Below, in pieces: positions 8,497-17,858 of a stretch of 64,000 bases of DNA. A program made the position numbers and the translations under genes. The notes beneath the pieces were generated by a model that was not told where the DNA came from, did not search any database, and saw only the letters and a program-made list of their open reading frames with translations. The stretch is from Spirochaetia bacterium (GTDB taxonomy: Bacteria; Spirochaetota; Spirochaetia; DSM-2461): contig OY764216.1 of assembly GCA_963668315.1 (NCBI GenBank), forward strand, positions 1,504,001 through 1,568,000, written 5' to 3'. Numbering within the stretch: position 1 is the stretch's first letter; every line of letters begins with the position of its first letter.

Positions 8497-9438
8497 CTAA
8501 CTCAGCCGGACCCGGGGGTCGACGACGGCGTACAGTATATCCGTTATGAGGGAGAAGATCACGAAGAACAGGGTGTAGATCATAATCATCGCCTTGAGAA
8601 CGGGCAGATCGTAACTGGTTATGGCCTGGATGGTCAGGTCTCCTATGCCGGGAATACTGAAAAAACGCTCCAGAAGGAGGGAACCGGTCAGAAGGAAGGG
8701 TATCTGAATGACCACGGCGGTCAGGATGGGGATCAGGGCGTTGCGCAGGACATGGTTGAACATGATCTGCCGGTTGTTGACCCCCTTGGCCCGGGCCGTT
8801 CGCACGTAATCCTTGTGGACCTCTTCCAGAAGGGCGGTACGGAAAAAACGGATGTCGTACCCTACCGAAACGGTGACCCAGAGGATCCAGGGAAGGATCA
8901 GGTACTTGATGGCGCCGAACCCCTTCTGCCAGCCGGAAATGGGGAAAAGGCCCCACCGGTAGGCCAGAAGATTCTGTCCCAGGATGATGAGAACCAGCAT
9001 GGAGACCGACATGCCGATAACCGAGAAGACCGTAAAGAATCTATCGATAAACCGCCCCCGGTAATAGGCGCAGAGGCAGGAGATGATCAGTGATATGGCT
9101 ATTTCGAAAAAGAAGGCGGGAAAGGTAAGGGCCGCCGAATTGGGAACATGGCGCTTGATGAGCCGGGAGACGGGCAGTTTCCGCGATTCGGAACGGCCGA
9201 AGTCCAGGGTCACCATCTGCTTGACCATGTCGGTGTACTGGAAAAACAGAGGTTTGTCCAGGCCGTACTTGTGGCGGTAGAACTCTATCTGCTCGGCGGT
9301 CCGGGCTTTTTTGGGAAGCATGTTGTAGAGGAACTTCTCGTTACCTCCGACGACATTGAAAATGAGAAAAAAGATGAGAGCCACTCCCAGAAGGGTGGGG
9401 ACAAGGTACAGCATCCTTCGGATAATATAATTTAACAC
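8497..9438 (-). CDS. oppB: Peptide ABC transporter permease (OppB-like)
   Basis: YIIRR start, GLDKPL, DYVRTARAKG, HVLRNALIP, DPRVR. Confidence 0.92.
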   Translation of the reverse strand: MLNYIIRRMLYLVPTLLGVALIFFLIFNVVGGNEKFLYNMLPKKARTAEQIEFYRHKYGLDKPLFFQYTDMVKQMVTLDFGRSESRKLPVSRLIKRHVPNSAALTFPAFFFEIAISLIISCLCAYYRGRFIDRFFTVFSVIGMSVSMLVLIILGQNLLAYRWGLFPISGWQKGFGAIKYLILPWILWVTVSVGYDIRFFRTALLEEVHKDYVRTARAKGVNNRQIMFNHVLRNALIPILTAVVIQIPFLLTGSLLLERFFSIPGIGDLTIQAITSYDLPVLKAMIMIYTLFFVIFSLITDILYAVVDPRVRLS

Positions 9439-9484
9439 AGCGTATACAGCTCCTGATAATTTTACATAAAGCTTTAGGGAAGGG

Positions 9485-9516
9485 GGGAAGAAAGCTCCGA
9501 GAGAAGCTTTCTTCCC
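9485..9516 (-). other. Intercistronic stem-loop between oppA and oppB (mRNA stabiliser or attenuator)
   Basis: GGGAAGAAAGCT-N8-AGCTTTCTTCCC perfect 12-bp inverted repeat, no U-tract. Confidence 0.7.
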
Positions 9517-9531
9517 GTAAAATCGATGTAA

Positions 9532-11313
9532 CTAGTTGCCGGCTTTCTCGTTCCTCTCGGCTACATCCACGTCAAGGTACTTGGAATATCCCGAGCCGAT
9601 ATCCCTGAAAACCCGGGTCTTCAGCCAGGGTTGTTCCAGGTAGTAGGACAGGCGGTGAACACCCATGATCCAGGCCACGTCCTCGGCGGAAAGCTGGGCG
9701 GCTTCTGAATAGATGGCGTCCCGCTCGGGGCTCTGCTGCATGTAGGCTCCCTGTTCGTAAAGGGCGTCGAAGGCGGAGTTCTTGTAATTCCCGTTGTTGG
9801 GACCGGGGGCTTCGTTGGGGCCGTAGTTCAGCTGGAGGAAGTTCTGGGCATCGGGATAATCGGCACCCCAGGCAAGCCCCCCCATCTCTATGTTATGGTT
9901 GTCGATGGCTTCTATAAAGGTGGGCCAGTCGCCGGGAACCGCTTCAACGGTGATGCCGATGGCGGCCATGTTCTCAATGAAGAATTCCACCATCTGCTTG
10001 TGGGTGGTGGAGGTATTGGAATACATCTGGTACTTGATGACCGGAAGGCCTTTTCCCCCGGGGAATCCCGCTTCGGCCAGAAGTTTTTTCGCCTTATCCA
10101 CATCATAGCGGGCGTAGGGGTTTTTGTAATCCGGATCGTAACCGCCCAGGCCCGGGGGAAGCAGAGTCTGCGCCGGGATGGCGCGGTTGTTGTAGAAGAT
10201 CTCTTCCACCTTGGGGTTGTTGTAGGCCAGGGACATGGCCTGACGCATCTTCGGGTTGTCCCGGAAAAGGGGCATGTCCATGTTAAAAAAGTGGTAGGTC
10301 ACGTCCAGGGTTCCGTTCACATCCATGGTTATGCCCTTGTCTATCATCTCCTGGGTCAGTTCCCCGTTGATCACGGTAGACTCATAGTTATCCTTGGGAA
10401 TTCCGGAATAATCCAGCTCCCCGTTCAGGAATTTCAGCCAGAGCACACTGTCTTCCTCAATCACATACCAGACAACCTTGTCACAGAAGGGAAGGGCTTT
10501 TCCCTCATACGCGGAAAGGACATCCGCGCCCAGTTTGGCTTTCACCAGGGGGCCCGCTTCGCTGGCGGCGGGAAAGGTCTTTCCGTGCCAGGAGGGGTTG
10601 GCCCGGAGCACATGCTGAGACCCGGGGATGGATTCCTCATAGTCGTAGTAGTAGGCACCCGTACCGATGGGATAGTTGGCGAACTCTTCCGTTCCGTAGT
10701 AGTCAATGGCTTCCTGCGCGACGGGGAAGGTATAGGACATGGCCAGGGTGTAGAGAATCTGGGGATAGGCGGCGGTCAGGGTCATCTGGATGGTGTAATC
10801 GTCAAGAGCCTTGAATCCTTCCACTGTCTGACTGTAGTCGGCGCCCGCGTCGGCCCATTCGTTCAAGCCCTTGATCCAGCCGTCGAAGAGCCACCAGCCG
10901 TTGGCTTCGTTATCCGGATCGGCCAGTCTTTTTACGGAGAGGACGAAGTCGTGTGCATTGACTGCCCGGCCCTTGCCCTTGGGAAATACTTCCTGAAGGG
11001 GATCGTAAAAATAGGCGTCCTTTCTCAGCTTTATGGTGTAGACCAGTCCGTCGGCGGATACTTCCGGCATGGATTCGGCGATAACCGGCTCCAGCTGGTA
11101 GGTATCGGCGGTATACTTATACTCATAGAGATTCTCCATGATATCCCCCAGCACCTGGTGGGTATAGAGGTCTCCGATCTGAGCCGGGTCGAAGGGGGTC
11201 AGCTTGGCCACTACATAGCGGTTCAGTGTCTTTTCTTCCGTCTCCGTGCCGCCGGCCGCATACAGTCCGAAGATCATGAACGCAGCGAGCAGAACAACAA
11301 GTACTCTTTTCAT
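9532..11313 (-). CDS. oppA: Peptide ABC transporter substrate-binding protein
   Basis: SBP family 5 motifs (VSADGLVYTIKLRKD, PIGTGAY, RQAMSLA, WGADYPD); signal peptide MKRVLVVLL; promoter TTGCTT-N17-TACAAT upstream. Confidence 0.92.
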   Translation of the reverse strand: MKRVLVVLLAAFMIFGLYAAGGTETEEKTLNRYVVAKLTPFDPAQIGDLYTHQVLGDIMENLYEYKYTADTYQLEPVIAESMPEVSADGLVYTIKLRKDAYFYDPLQEVFPKGKGRAVNAHDFVLSVKRLADPDNEANGWWLFDGWIKGLNEWADAGADYSQTVEGFKALDDYTIQMTLTAAYPQILYTLAMSYTFPVAQEAIDYYGTEEFANYPIGTGAYYYDYEESIPGSQHVLRANPSWHGKTFPAASEAGPLVKAKLGADVLSAYEGKALPFCDKVVWYVIEEDSVLWLKFLNGELDYSGIPKDNYESTVINGELTQEMIDKGITMDVNGTLDVTYHFFNMDMPLFRDNPKMRQAMSLAYNNPKVEEIFYNNRAIPAQTLLPPGLGGYDPDYKNPYARYDVDKAKKLLAEAGFPGGKGLPVIKYQMYSNTSTTHKQMVEFFIENMAAIGITVEAVPGDWPTFIEAIDNHNIEMGGLAWGADYPDAQNFLQLNYGPNEAPGPNNGNYKNSAFDALYEQGAYMQQSPERDAIYSEAAQLSAEDVAWIMGVHRLSYYLEQPWLKTRVFRDIGSGYSKYLDVDVAERNEKAGN

Positions 11314-11416
11314 AACTCTCTCCTTTTCTGACGGAGAGATGATCTCCCGCCAGTTTTTCCATGAGTCAATTGTACTTGGAAAATCTGCATGAAGCAAGAT
11401 TCATTGTCGGAAAGAT

Positions 11417-13228
11417 TTACTCCGGTCTTACCGGCCTTGCCAGCAGGTACCCCTGATACTCCCGGCATCCCAGGGAGTTGAGGAGATCCCACTGCTCCTC
11501 CTGTTCCACTCCCTCGGCGACGGTTATATAGCCGTATTTGTGAAAATGGGTCATGAGAGACGCACAGAGATCACGTTTCTGCGGTTCTCTCAGGATACCC
11601 TGGATAAAGGATTTGTCGAATTTGATCTTCTTAATGGGCAGTTCAAGGATCTGGGTAATATTGGAGTAGCCCGTTCCGAAGTCGTCCAGTGCTATGACAT
11701 AACCCTTATCCCTGAGTTTCTCAATAAGATGAATGCTCTCCTGCCTATCCTTGAGAATGGTCGATTCGGTGACTTCAACGCCTAATCTGTCCGTCTCGAT
11801 ACTTCTGTCTTTAATGATCTGAGTCATCCTGTCAAAATCAAATCCCCCGTTGATCAACTCAGGGGAAAGATTGATGAAGACTCGGTTGTTTCCGAAGTAC
11901 CGGGGGAAGCTTTTCATATCGTCCAGGACTTTCTCAAACATTTTGAAGAAAAAATCGGCCATCAGACCCGACTGTTCCAGGAAGGGGATAAAAATGTCAG
12001 GCGAGATTCCTGTGCCGTCATGGCGCGTCCAGCGGGTAAGGGATTCGAAGGCGACAACCTCCCGTTTCTCATTATATATTGCCTGATAAACGGGGTAGCA
12101 GTTCCCCTCCAGGAAAGAAGTGCCCAGCTCATGGATCAGGTTCATATCCTTCTGAACCGCATACTCTTCCTCATCGGTGAAGAAAATCCGCCTTTTATTA
12201 TCCATGCTTGCTTTCTTCAGGCCTCTCAAGCCCCTATCCAGAAGGGCCTGAGGATTTTTACTGATCTTCTTTGATCTGGTCAGACAGGATCTCAGATAGA
12301 CCTGCACACTGAGTTCGCCTATGAGGACGGGGGTTTTTATCTGTTCCATTACCCGGTCAATTTCCATTTCCGACGGAGTCAGGGGATCTTTTTTAATGAC
12401 GGCCAGAGTACTTCCATTTATCTGATAGCACGTGTTCTGATGTTCCGTTTCGAGGAGCCGGGCCGTTTTTTTAATCAAGGCCGCCGTGGTCCACTCGCCC
12501 AGGCGGAGACGCAGATCGTTCAGGTTTTCGACACGGTAGAAAACCAGATCCATGTATTTTTCCAGACGGGAGATCTTTTTCACGGCCGTGATCATGCTTC
12601 TTCCGTTGGGAATGCCCGTATCTCTGTCATAATCCATCTGGAACATTATTTCCGATAGGCTGTCATAGAGAAGGGTGTGAATGAGAAACCCGATGATGAT
12701 TTCTATGAGCAGAATGATTACGGCGCCGATGGCATTAGATAGGTAGGGGGACGATATCTCCTTCATCGGCAGATAAATACGCAAGAATAGAAAAGCGAGC
12801 TCCACACCGAGAGCGATAATGCCCCCGAAGAGAATCTGCCCCCGTCTGTGAGTCAGCAGGGTCAGGTAGACGATTCCGGCCGATTGGATCAGGGTGACGA
12901 AATAAACCGTTTCTCGGGTCACCGGCTCCGCGTTGAAGGCAATCTGTACAAGGGGAGTAAGAAAAGAGATATAGGAGAGCCAGAGGGCTACGTCGTATCT
13001 TCCCCGAAAAAGGAGATATATGGCAAACAGGAGAAGGGGAATATAATGGGTAAGGGTGAAAACCCCCTGTTTATTGGGAAAAGAGAAGAGGAACGCCAAT
13101 ACAGTAAAACACAGCATGGCGCAGATTAGGGATAGCAGCACAAAATAGAATGCCTGGACTTTGCGGTTTATCAGAAGATCAGTTCCGGCATAGGTATTTT
13201 TCAGCAATTCCAGCGACATAAGTCTCAT
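11417..13228 (-). CDS. Membrane c-di-GMP phosphodiesterase (degenerate GGDEF + EAL)
   Basis: About 6 TM; GGDEF position reads INGST; ESLTRW, EVTES, DDFGTGYS, AEGVE, QGY. Confidence 0.88.
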   Translation of the reverse strand: MRLMSLELLKNTYAGTDLLINRKVQAFYFVLLSLICAMLCFTVLAFLFSFPNKQGVFTLTHYIPLLLFAIYLLFRGRYDVALWLSYISFLTPLVQIAFNAEPVTRETVYFVTLIQSAGIVYLTLLTHRRGQILFGGIIALGVELAFLFLRIYLPMKEISSPYLSNAIGAVIILLIEIIIGFLIHTLLYDSLSEIMFQMDYDRDTGIPNGRSMITAVKKISRLEKYMDLVFYRVENLNDLRLRLGEWTTAALIKKTARLLETEHQNTCYQINGSTLAVIKKDPLTPSEMEIDRVMEQIKTPVLIGELSVQVYLRSCLTRSKKISKNPQALLDRGLRGLKKASMDNKRRIFFTDEEEYAVQKDMNLIHELGTSFLEGNCYPVYQAIYNEKREVVAFESLTRWTRHDGTGISPDIFIPFLEQSGLMADFFFKMFEKVLDDMKSFPRYFGNNRVFINLSPELINGGFDFDRMTQIIKDRSIETDRLGVEVTESTILKDRQESIHLIEKLRDKGYVIALDDFGTGYSNITQILELPIKKIKFDKSFIQGILREPQKRDLCASLMTHFHKYGYITVAEGVEQEEQWDLLNSLGCREYQGYLLARPVRPE

Positions 13229-13285
13229 GGGGATATTATAGGGGATTACGGGACGTATGGAAACTCCTTTTTTCTTTTGGAAAAA

Positions 13286-16129
13286 TTAATGAAAAAGAGC
13301 TACTTCCGGATGCTTCTCGTAAAGTGAAAGCCTTTCCCTGGTCTCCCGCGGAACGGGTTCCAGGACCCTTTCCCTCTCCTCTGCCCTCATCCCGGCGAGT
13401 GCGGCAGCCAGAACGCGCATCTGGGCATCCCGGAAGCCGGCGGCTTTAAGGCTGATTCCTTCCTTGTCTGCGGCCCGATAGTCTTCGTTCACGGCGGAGA
13501 ACATGATGTCCCTGAGGATTGTATTCCATAATTCCGTTGTTTCCGGCGATTCCTCCCGGGAGAGAATCTCCTTGATCCGCCGGCGGAATTCGGGCATGAT
13601 GCGGCAGTCCATTACGCTGTCGTCAAAGGAACGGCCGTAGATCTTTTCCGCCTCGTACCGGCCTCTGTCCCAGAGGTTTCTCAGCCATTCGAAATAGGAG
13701 GCCGTCACACCGGCCGAATTGGCCAGAAAATCATAAACAACGAGTACCCCGTTCTTTTGGAGTATCTCCTCCGCCTTGGAACTGTTCGACCCGTTACTGC
13801 CGCAGATCTCGATTCTGGCCCTGATTTTCGGGGCGTTTTCTTCGGTCACCGCGTTTTCCAGAGCGGCGGGGAAGAGCAGGTCGCACTCCCTTTCCAGTAT
13901 GGAGGAGCCCTCGGCCGATCCGTAGATTACTTCGGCCGCACCGGCGTAATTGACGACAGACGCCCTGAGTTCTCTCTCTTCCCTGTTCCTGGAGTCTTCC
14001 ACGGCCCTGAGCAGGGCTTCCCCGTCAAGGTCCTCCCCGATCACGGCGCCTCCCGCATCGGAAACGGCAATCAGATTCACCCCGTAGCGGGTCATTTCCC
14101 TTATGACGGAACTGCCCACTTTTCCCGATCCCTGGACGATCATCCTTTTCCCGCGAAGGAGTCTGGGGTAGATCTCATCTCTGAGGCGCACCCATTTCTC
14201 ATCGTCCAGAACCTTCCCCTCGGGGCTTTTCAGAAGGGAGGCGGAGGTCATGGCGGCTGTTTCCCTCAGGAGGGCTGTCTCTTCCTCATTCAGCTCTTCC
14301 GCCGCTTCCCACTTCCCCGAGAGGTACAGATTGGTAACGGCGGCCAGGGCGGCGTAACTGAGGCCCCGGCCCGTGGCACCCGTTCGGGCTTCAATGCCCA
14401 TGCGGGGCTTTCCCGTTATCTGGGCGGCTACGACCAGCTCCAGGTAATCCTGATTGCTTCCCAGCTCCTTGAGGATCTTCTTGTCGTTATAATCGATATC
14501 GAAGGCATCCCTGAGTATCATCCGGGCTTCCTCCAGCGAGATTATCTGGTCCCCGATCATCGTTACGTTGTGGCGTATCCCATAAACCATCAGGGCCAGA
14601 TCGCGCAGGGCCGACTTGAACCCTTCGAACATGCGCCCTATTTCCTGGGCTCCGCATCCCACGTCTCCGGCGGGCACATCCCGGGATGGGCCGGTAACCA
14701 GAAAGAGGGAGCGGCCGAAATTGCTCAGGGCGTCAAAGAAGTCCATGCTCCTCGGGTCGTACTCCCTCGGATTGAGCATCAGACCCCCCTTGGCGCCTCC
14801 GAAAAGAATCCGGCTGCGGGCGCTTTTCCAGGTCATCATGAAGGAGAGGGCGGCCACTTCGCAGAAACTGACGATGTCGTCAATGCGGAGTCCTCCTTTG
14901 GACGCGCCCCTCAGGGTGCTGTGCTTGATGCGGTAGCCGGGGCGGTTTGTTATCCTGCCGTCGTGGGGACAGGGTACGTAGAACTCGTCGAACTTTTCAA
15001 ATCCCAGGAGTATTCCCAGCAGTTCGGGGCTTCTGTCCAGACCGGTCATTTCGGCGGCGGCCATAAAGTCGGAGACGCTGTTCAGATAAAAATTGCCCAG
15101 CTCCTCCCCGGGTTCCCGGTTCTTCCGGCAGAGCACCTTGAGCTCGTTCAGGGCGAGAATCAGTTTATCCCGGCTGGATGGGGAGGAGATCCGGCGGATG
15201 ATATTCTCCAGCCGGCTGTCCAGAGATGTCACCCGGCTTTCATCATCTCCCCAGGTGGATTCCAGACTCTTTTTCAGTTCCCTCTCGTATTCCCTGTAGT
15301 CTCTGTCCTGTTCCTTTATGTAAAAGGAGAATATTCCCACCCGGCACTGCTCCCCTTCGAAAAGGTCGTAGTAGCAGCGCTCCAGATTAATCCGCTGACG
15401 CCGGAAATAGTCCAGGGCCCGGGGAATGAAATCTTCCGTGGGATTGTAGACCCCTACGGAGAGGCGGAGGATATGGTCAACGACATCACTCTCCATGGAA
15501 AGTTTTCTTGATTTAACGGTTTTTTCGAAAAGATTCAGATGGCGGAATATGCGGGTGGGGTAGGTCTGAACGGAGAGCTCTTCCTTCAGATAGCGGTTCC
15601 CCAGAGTCTTCAGAAAGTCCTCCGTATGGGAAAGTCTGTTCTCCCCGGCATAGCTCCGTATGCGTTCCTTCAGTATCTGCGCCCCCTCCCGTTCCTCCGG
15701 GGAGAGTTTAGCAATGTGCTCTCCCCGTTTCTCTATGGTCACGATGCGGAGGCCGCTGGCCGTGCCTTCAAAATCGATGGTAACGATATCCATGGCGCGA
15801 TTCTGCTCCACTATATGGGCAAGACGTCCCGGATAGTCCCGGCCCACATTAATAAAGTAGGTCCGCGAGATATTATCCTTGCCGCTGTGGAAGAGAATGT
15901 CGCTGTTGGCGTTGAGAAAGTGGGTCAGCATGTAGATATGGTGGGCTATGATGAGGGGGGTGTTGCTGTAGAAATACCACCTGGGCAGATATCCCTCGGA
16001 GAAGTACTCTTCAAGAATCTTCTCCTTTGTGTTGATGTCCACACGGAAACGGTCTTCCAGAATTTTTCCCGTTTCCCGATATATTTCCTTCAGGTAATCT
16101 TCCCTATGGCCCATGTTGAATTCAGACAT
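13286..16129 (-). CDS. Large Glu/Leu/Phe/Val dehydrogenase (probable glutamate dehydrogenase) with a ~390-aa N-terminal extension
   Basis: KGGLR, MTWK, GGAKGG, DVPAGDVG, ITGKP, ATGRG, QGSGKVG, NSAGVTASYFEW; SD GGAGG before ATG 16129. Confidence 0.85.
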   Translation of the reverse strand: MSEFNMGHREDYLKEIYRETGKILEDRFRVDINTKEKILEEYFSEGYLPRWYFYSNTPLIIAHHIYMLTHFLNANSDILFHSGKDNISRTYFINVGRDYPGRLAHIVEQNRAMDIVTIDFEGTASGLRIVTIEKRGEHIAKLSPEEREGAQILKERIRSYAGENRLSHTEDFLKTLGNRYLKEELSVQTYPTRIFRHLNLFEKTVKSRKLSMESDVVDHILRLSVGVYNPTEDFIPRALDYFRRQRINLERCYYDLFEGEQCRVGIFSFYIKEQDRDYREYERELKKSLESTWGDDESRVTSLDSRLENIIRRISSPSSRDKLILALNELKVLCRKNREPGEELGNFYLNSVSDFMAAAEMTGLDRSPELLGILLGFEKFDEFYVPCPHDGRITNRPGYRIKHSTLRGASKGGLRIDDIVSFCEVAALSFMMTWKSARSRILFGGAKGGLMLNPREYDPRSMDFFDALSNFGRSLFLVTGPSRDVPAGDVGCGAQEIGRMFEGFKSALRDLALMVYGIRHNVTMIGDQIISLEEARMILRDAFDIDYNDKKILKELGSNQDYLELVVAAQITGKPRMGIEARTGATGRGLSYAALAAVTNLYLSGKWEAAEELNEEETALLRETAAMTSASLLKSPEGKVLDDEKWVRLRDEIYPRLLRGKRMIVQGSGKVGSSVIREMTRYGVNLIAVSDAGGAVIGEDLDGEALLRAVEDSRNREERELRASVVNYAGAAEVIYGSAEGSSILERECDLLFPAALENAVTEENAPKIRARIEICGSNGSNSSKAEEILQKNGVLVVYDFLANSAGVTASYFEWLRNLWDRGRYEAEKIYGRSFDDSVMDCRIMPEFRRRIKEILSREESPETTELWNTILRDIMFSAVNEDYRAADKEGISLKAAGFRDAQMRVLAAALAGMRAEERERVLEPVPRETRERLSLYEKHPEVALFH

Positions 16130-16277
16130 TTTCAACCTCCCTCAGATATATCGGTCCGGAACCGTCAATACAGAAACAACCGTCTCTTCTTTGTATTATT
16201 GCACATTAAGGGTATATTGCAAGGAAATATTACGAAAAACGGAATTATGCGCCGCTATGTTTGAGGAAAACCCCGAT

Positions 16278-17672
16278 TTAGAGTTTCCTCAGACAGTTTC
16301 GTCCTTCCTCTTTCGCTTTGTAGAGGGCCTTATCCGCCAGATCCAGGAGACTTTCCATGCAGTCCGAGGCGTTGGGGTAGAGGGTGGCCTGTCCGATGCT
16401 CAGGGTCACGTAGGGTGCCACCGGCGATGAGGGGTGGGGGAGCCTGGTTTTATTCATGATTTCGAGGATGATTTCCCCGACAGCCCGGGCCTGATTTTCG
16501 TCACTGCCGGGAAGAAGCACGCCGAACTCCTCTCCTCCCATCCTGGTGAGAATATCCGTATGCCTGTTGATGGAGCTCTGGAGAAGCTGGCTCACCTTTC
16601 TCAGGCAGCAGTCCCCCTCCGGGTGTCCCAGGGTATCGTTGAACTGTTTGAATTTATCAATATCCAGCATGAGAAAGCTTATGGGTTTTCTTTCCCTGAC
16701 GCACATCCACCAGCTGAAATCCAGTTTCTGGTTGAACATTCTCCTGTTTCCCAGGCCGGTAAGCTCGTCAATCATGGTCAGAGCTTCCAGTTCGCTGTTC
16801 TGCCTTTTCAGCTTGCCGGACATGTCGTTGATAGTTATGGCCAGGGAGTTCAGCTCTTTGATTTTGTACGGGGGAAGACGGAAGTCATAATCCCCGTTGC
16901 TGATGTTGGAAAGGGCGCTCTCCATCTTGCGGAATGTGGCCGTAACATTTCTTATGAAAAGGAAGCTTATGAAGAACAGAAGCAGAAGGGCGAAGATAAT
17001 ATACAGGGCGGCGCGGCTTGTAATACCCGCCCGAAAATCCTTTGTCAGCTCATAGGCCTGGGAGACGCTGGTCACCCCGATCAGTTCATCCCTGACGTAA
17101 AGGGGGAGGGCCTGGTAGATCATCTTCTCTCCGGTTTTCTCGTCTTTGCGCACGGACAGGCCTCTGCCTTCCTGCACGGCTTCAATGAATTCCGACGTGA
17201 CATGCCTTTCCTTATCAATCTGGTTAAAGGATAAACCGCTGTCAAAATTAACGTACGCCAGGGGCGAGAAGACGGTGAACCGGGTATCCGTCAGATCGCA
17301 GGCGATTCGGATCCTCTCCTCCATGACTTTGAGAACGTCGAATCTCCCGTAATAGGAGGGAGCCTGATAGTCATAGTGAAAAAAACTGTCATAGGGACCG
17401 GAAGAGTTCGGGGCGTCTTTTTCATCGGGTTGCGTCGGATGGGGAAGGGGGAAATCGGATGATGGCTCATCCCTGCCAAAAGCTTCCATAAGGGTCAGCT
17501 GGAGAATGATATTTCTCTTCTCCATCTCCTTGCCGATCTGCCTGAGGGTCTCCTGCCTTATGGTGATCAGCATCGTCAGTGCGGTGATGAGAAAAAAGAG
17601 CACAAGAAAGGAGATCTGGCTTATCTGCAGAATCCAGAAGAGCTTGATCGTTTTTGTATTACTTCCCGGCAT
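16278..17672 (-). CDS. Membrane HAMP-GGDEF diguanylate cyclase
   Basis: 2 TM, HAMP, DELTGLGNRR, DIDKFKQFND, RHTD I-site, GGEEF. Confidence 0.9.
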   Translation of the reverse strand: MPGSNTKTIKLFWILQISQISFLVLFFLITALTMLITIRQETLRQIGKEMEKRNIILQLTLMEAFGRDEPSSDFPLPHPTQPDEKDAPNSSGPYDSFFHYDYQAPSYYGRFDVLKVMEERIRIACDLTDTRFTVFSPLAYVNFDSGLSFNQIDKERHVTSEFIEAVQEGRGLSVRKDEKTGEKMIYQALPLYVRDELIGVTSVSQAYELTKDFRAGITSRAALYIIFALLLLFFISFLFIRNVTATFRKMESALSNISNGDYDFRLPPYKIKELNSLAITINDMSGKLKRQNSELEALTMIDELTGLGNRRMFNQKLDFSWWMCVRERKPISFLMLDIDKFKQFNDTLGHPEGDCCLRKVSQLLQSSINRHTDILTRMGGEEFGVLLPGSDENQARAVGEIILEIMNKTRLPHPSSPVAPYVTLSIGQATLYPNASDCMESLLDLADKALYKAKEEGRNCLRKL

Positions 17673-17858
17673 ATAAGAAGATTATGAAGCAGAGTCAGCA
17701 ATATTTCAATTCGATTTTCAAAAAAAACGTTCCCGCAGGGCAACGGCGGCATCCTCCTTTCAGCAGAGGGCTTAACATCGGCCGATTTTTTCCCGGCTCA
17801 TCCGATTGCCGATGAATCTTATTCTTGGCCATAATTCAGATTGGTGCTATGCTGAGTT

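Noticed and set aside
8489..8956. 156-aa N-terminal extension of OppC in the ORF track
   Set aside because: Out-of-frame overlap with oppB; a clear SD precedes ATG 8488
9895..11331. 478-aa plus-strand ORF
   Set aside because: Antisense shadow of oppA with no recognisable motifs
13757..15511. 584-aa plus-strand ORF opposite the GDH
   Set aside because: Antisense shadow typical of GC3-biased genes; no motifs or RBS
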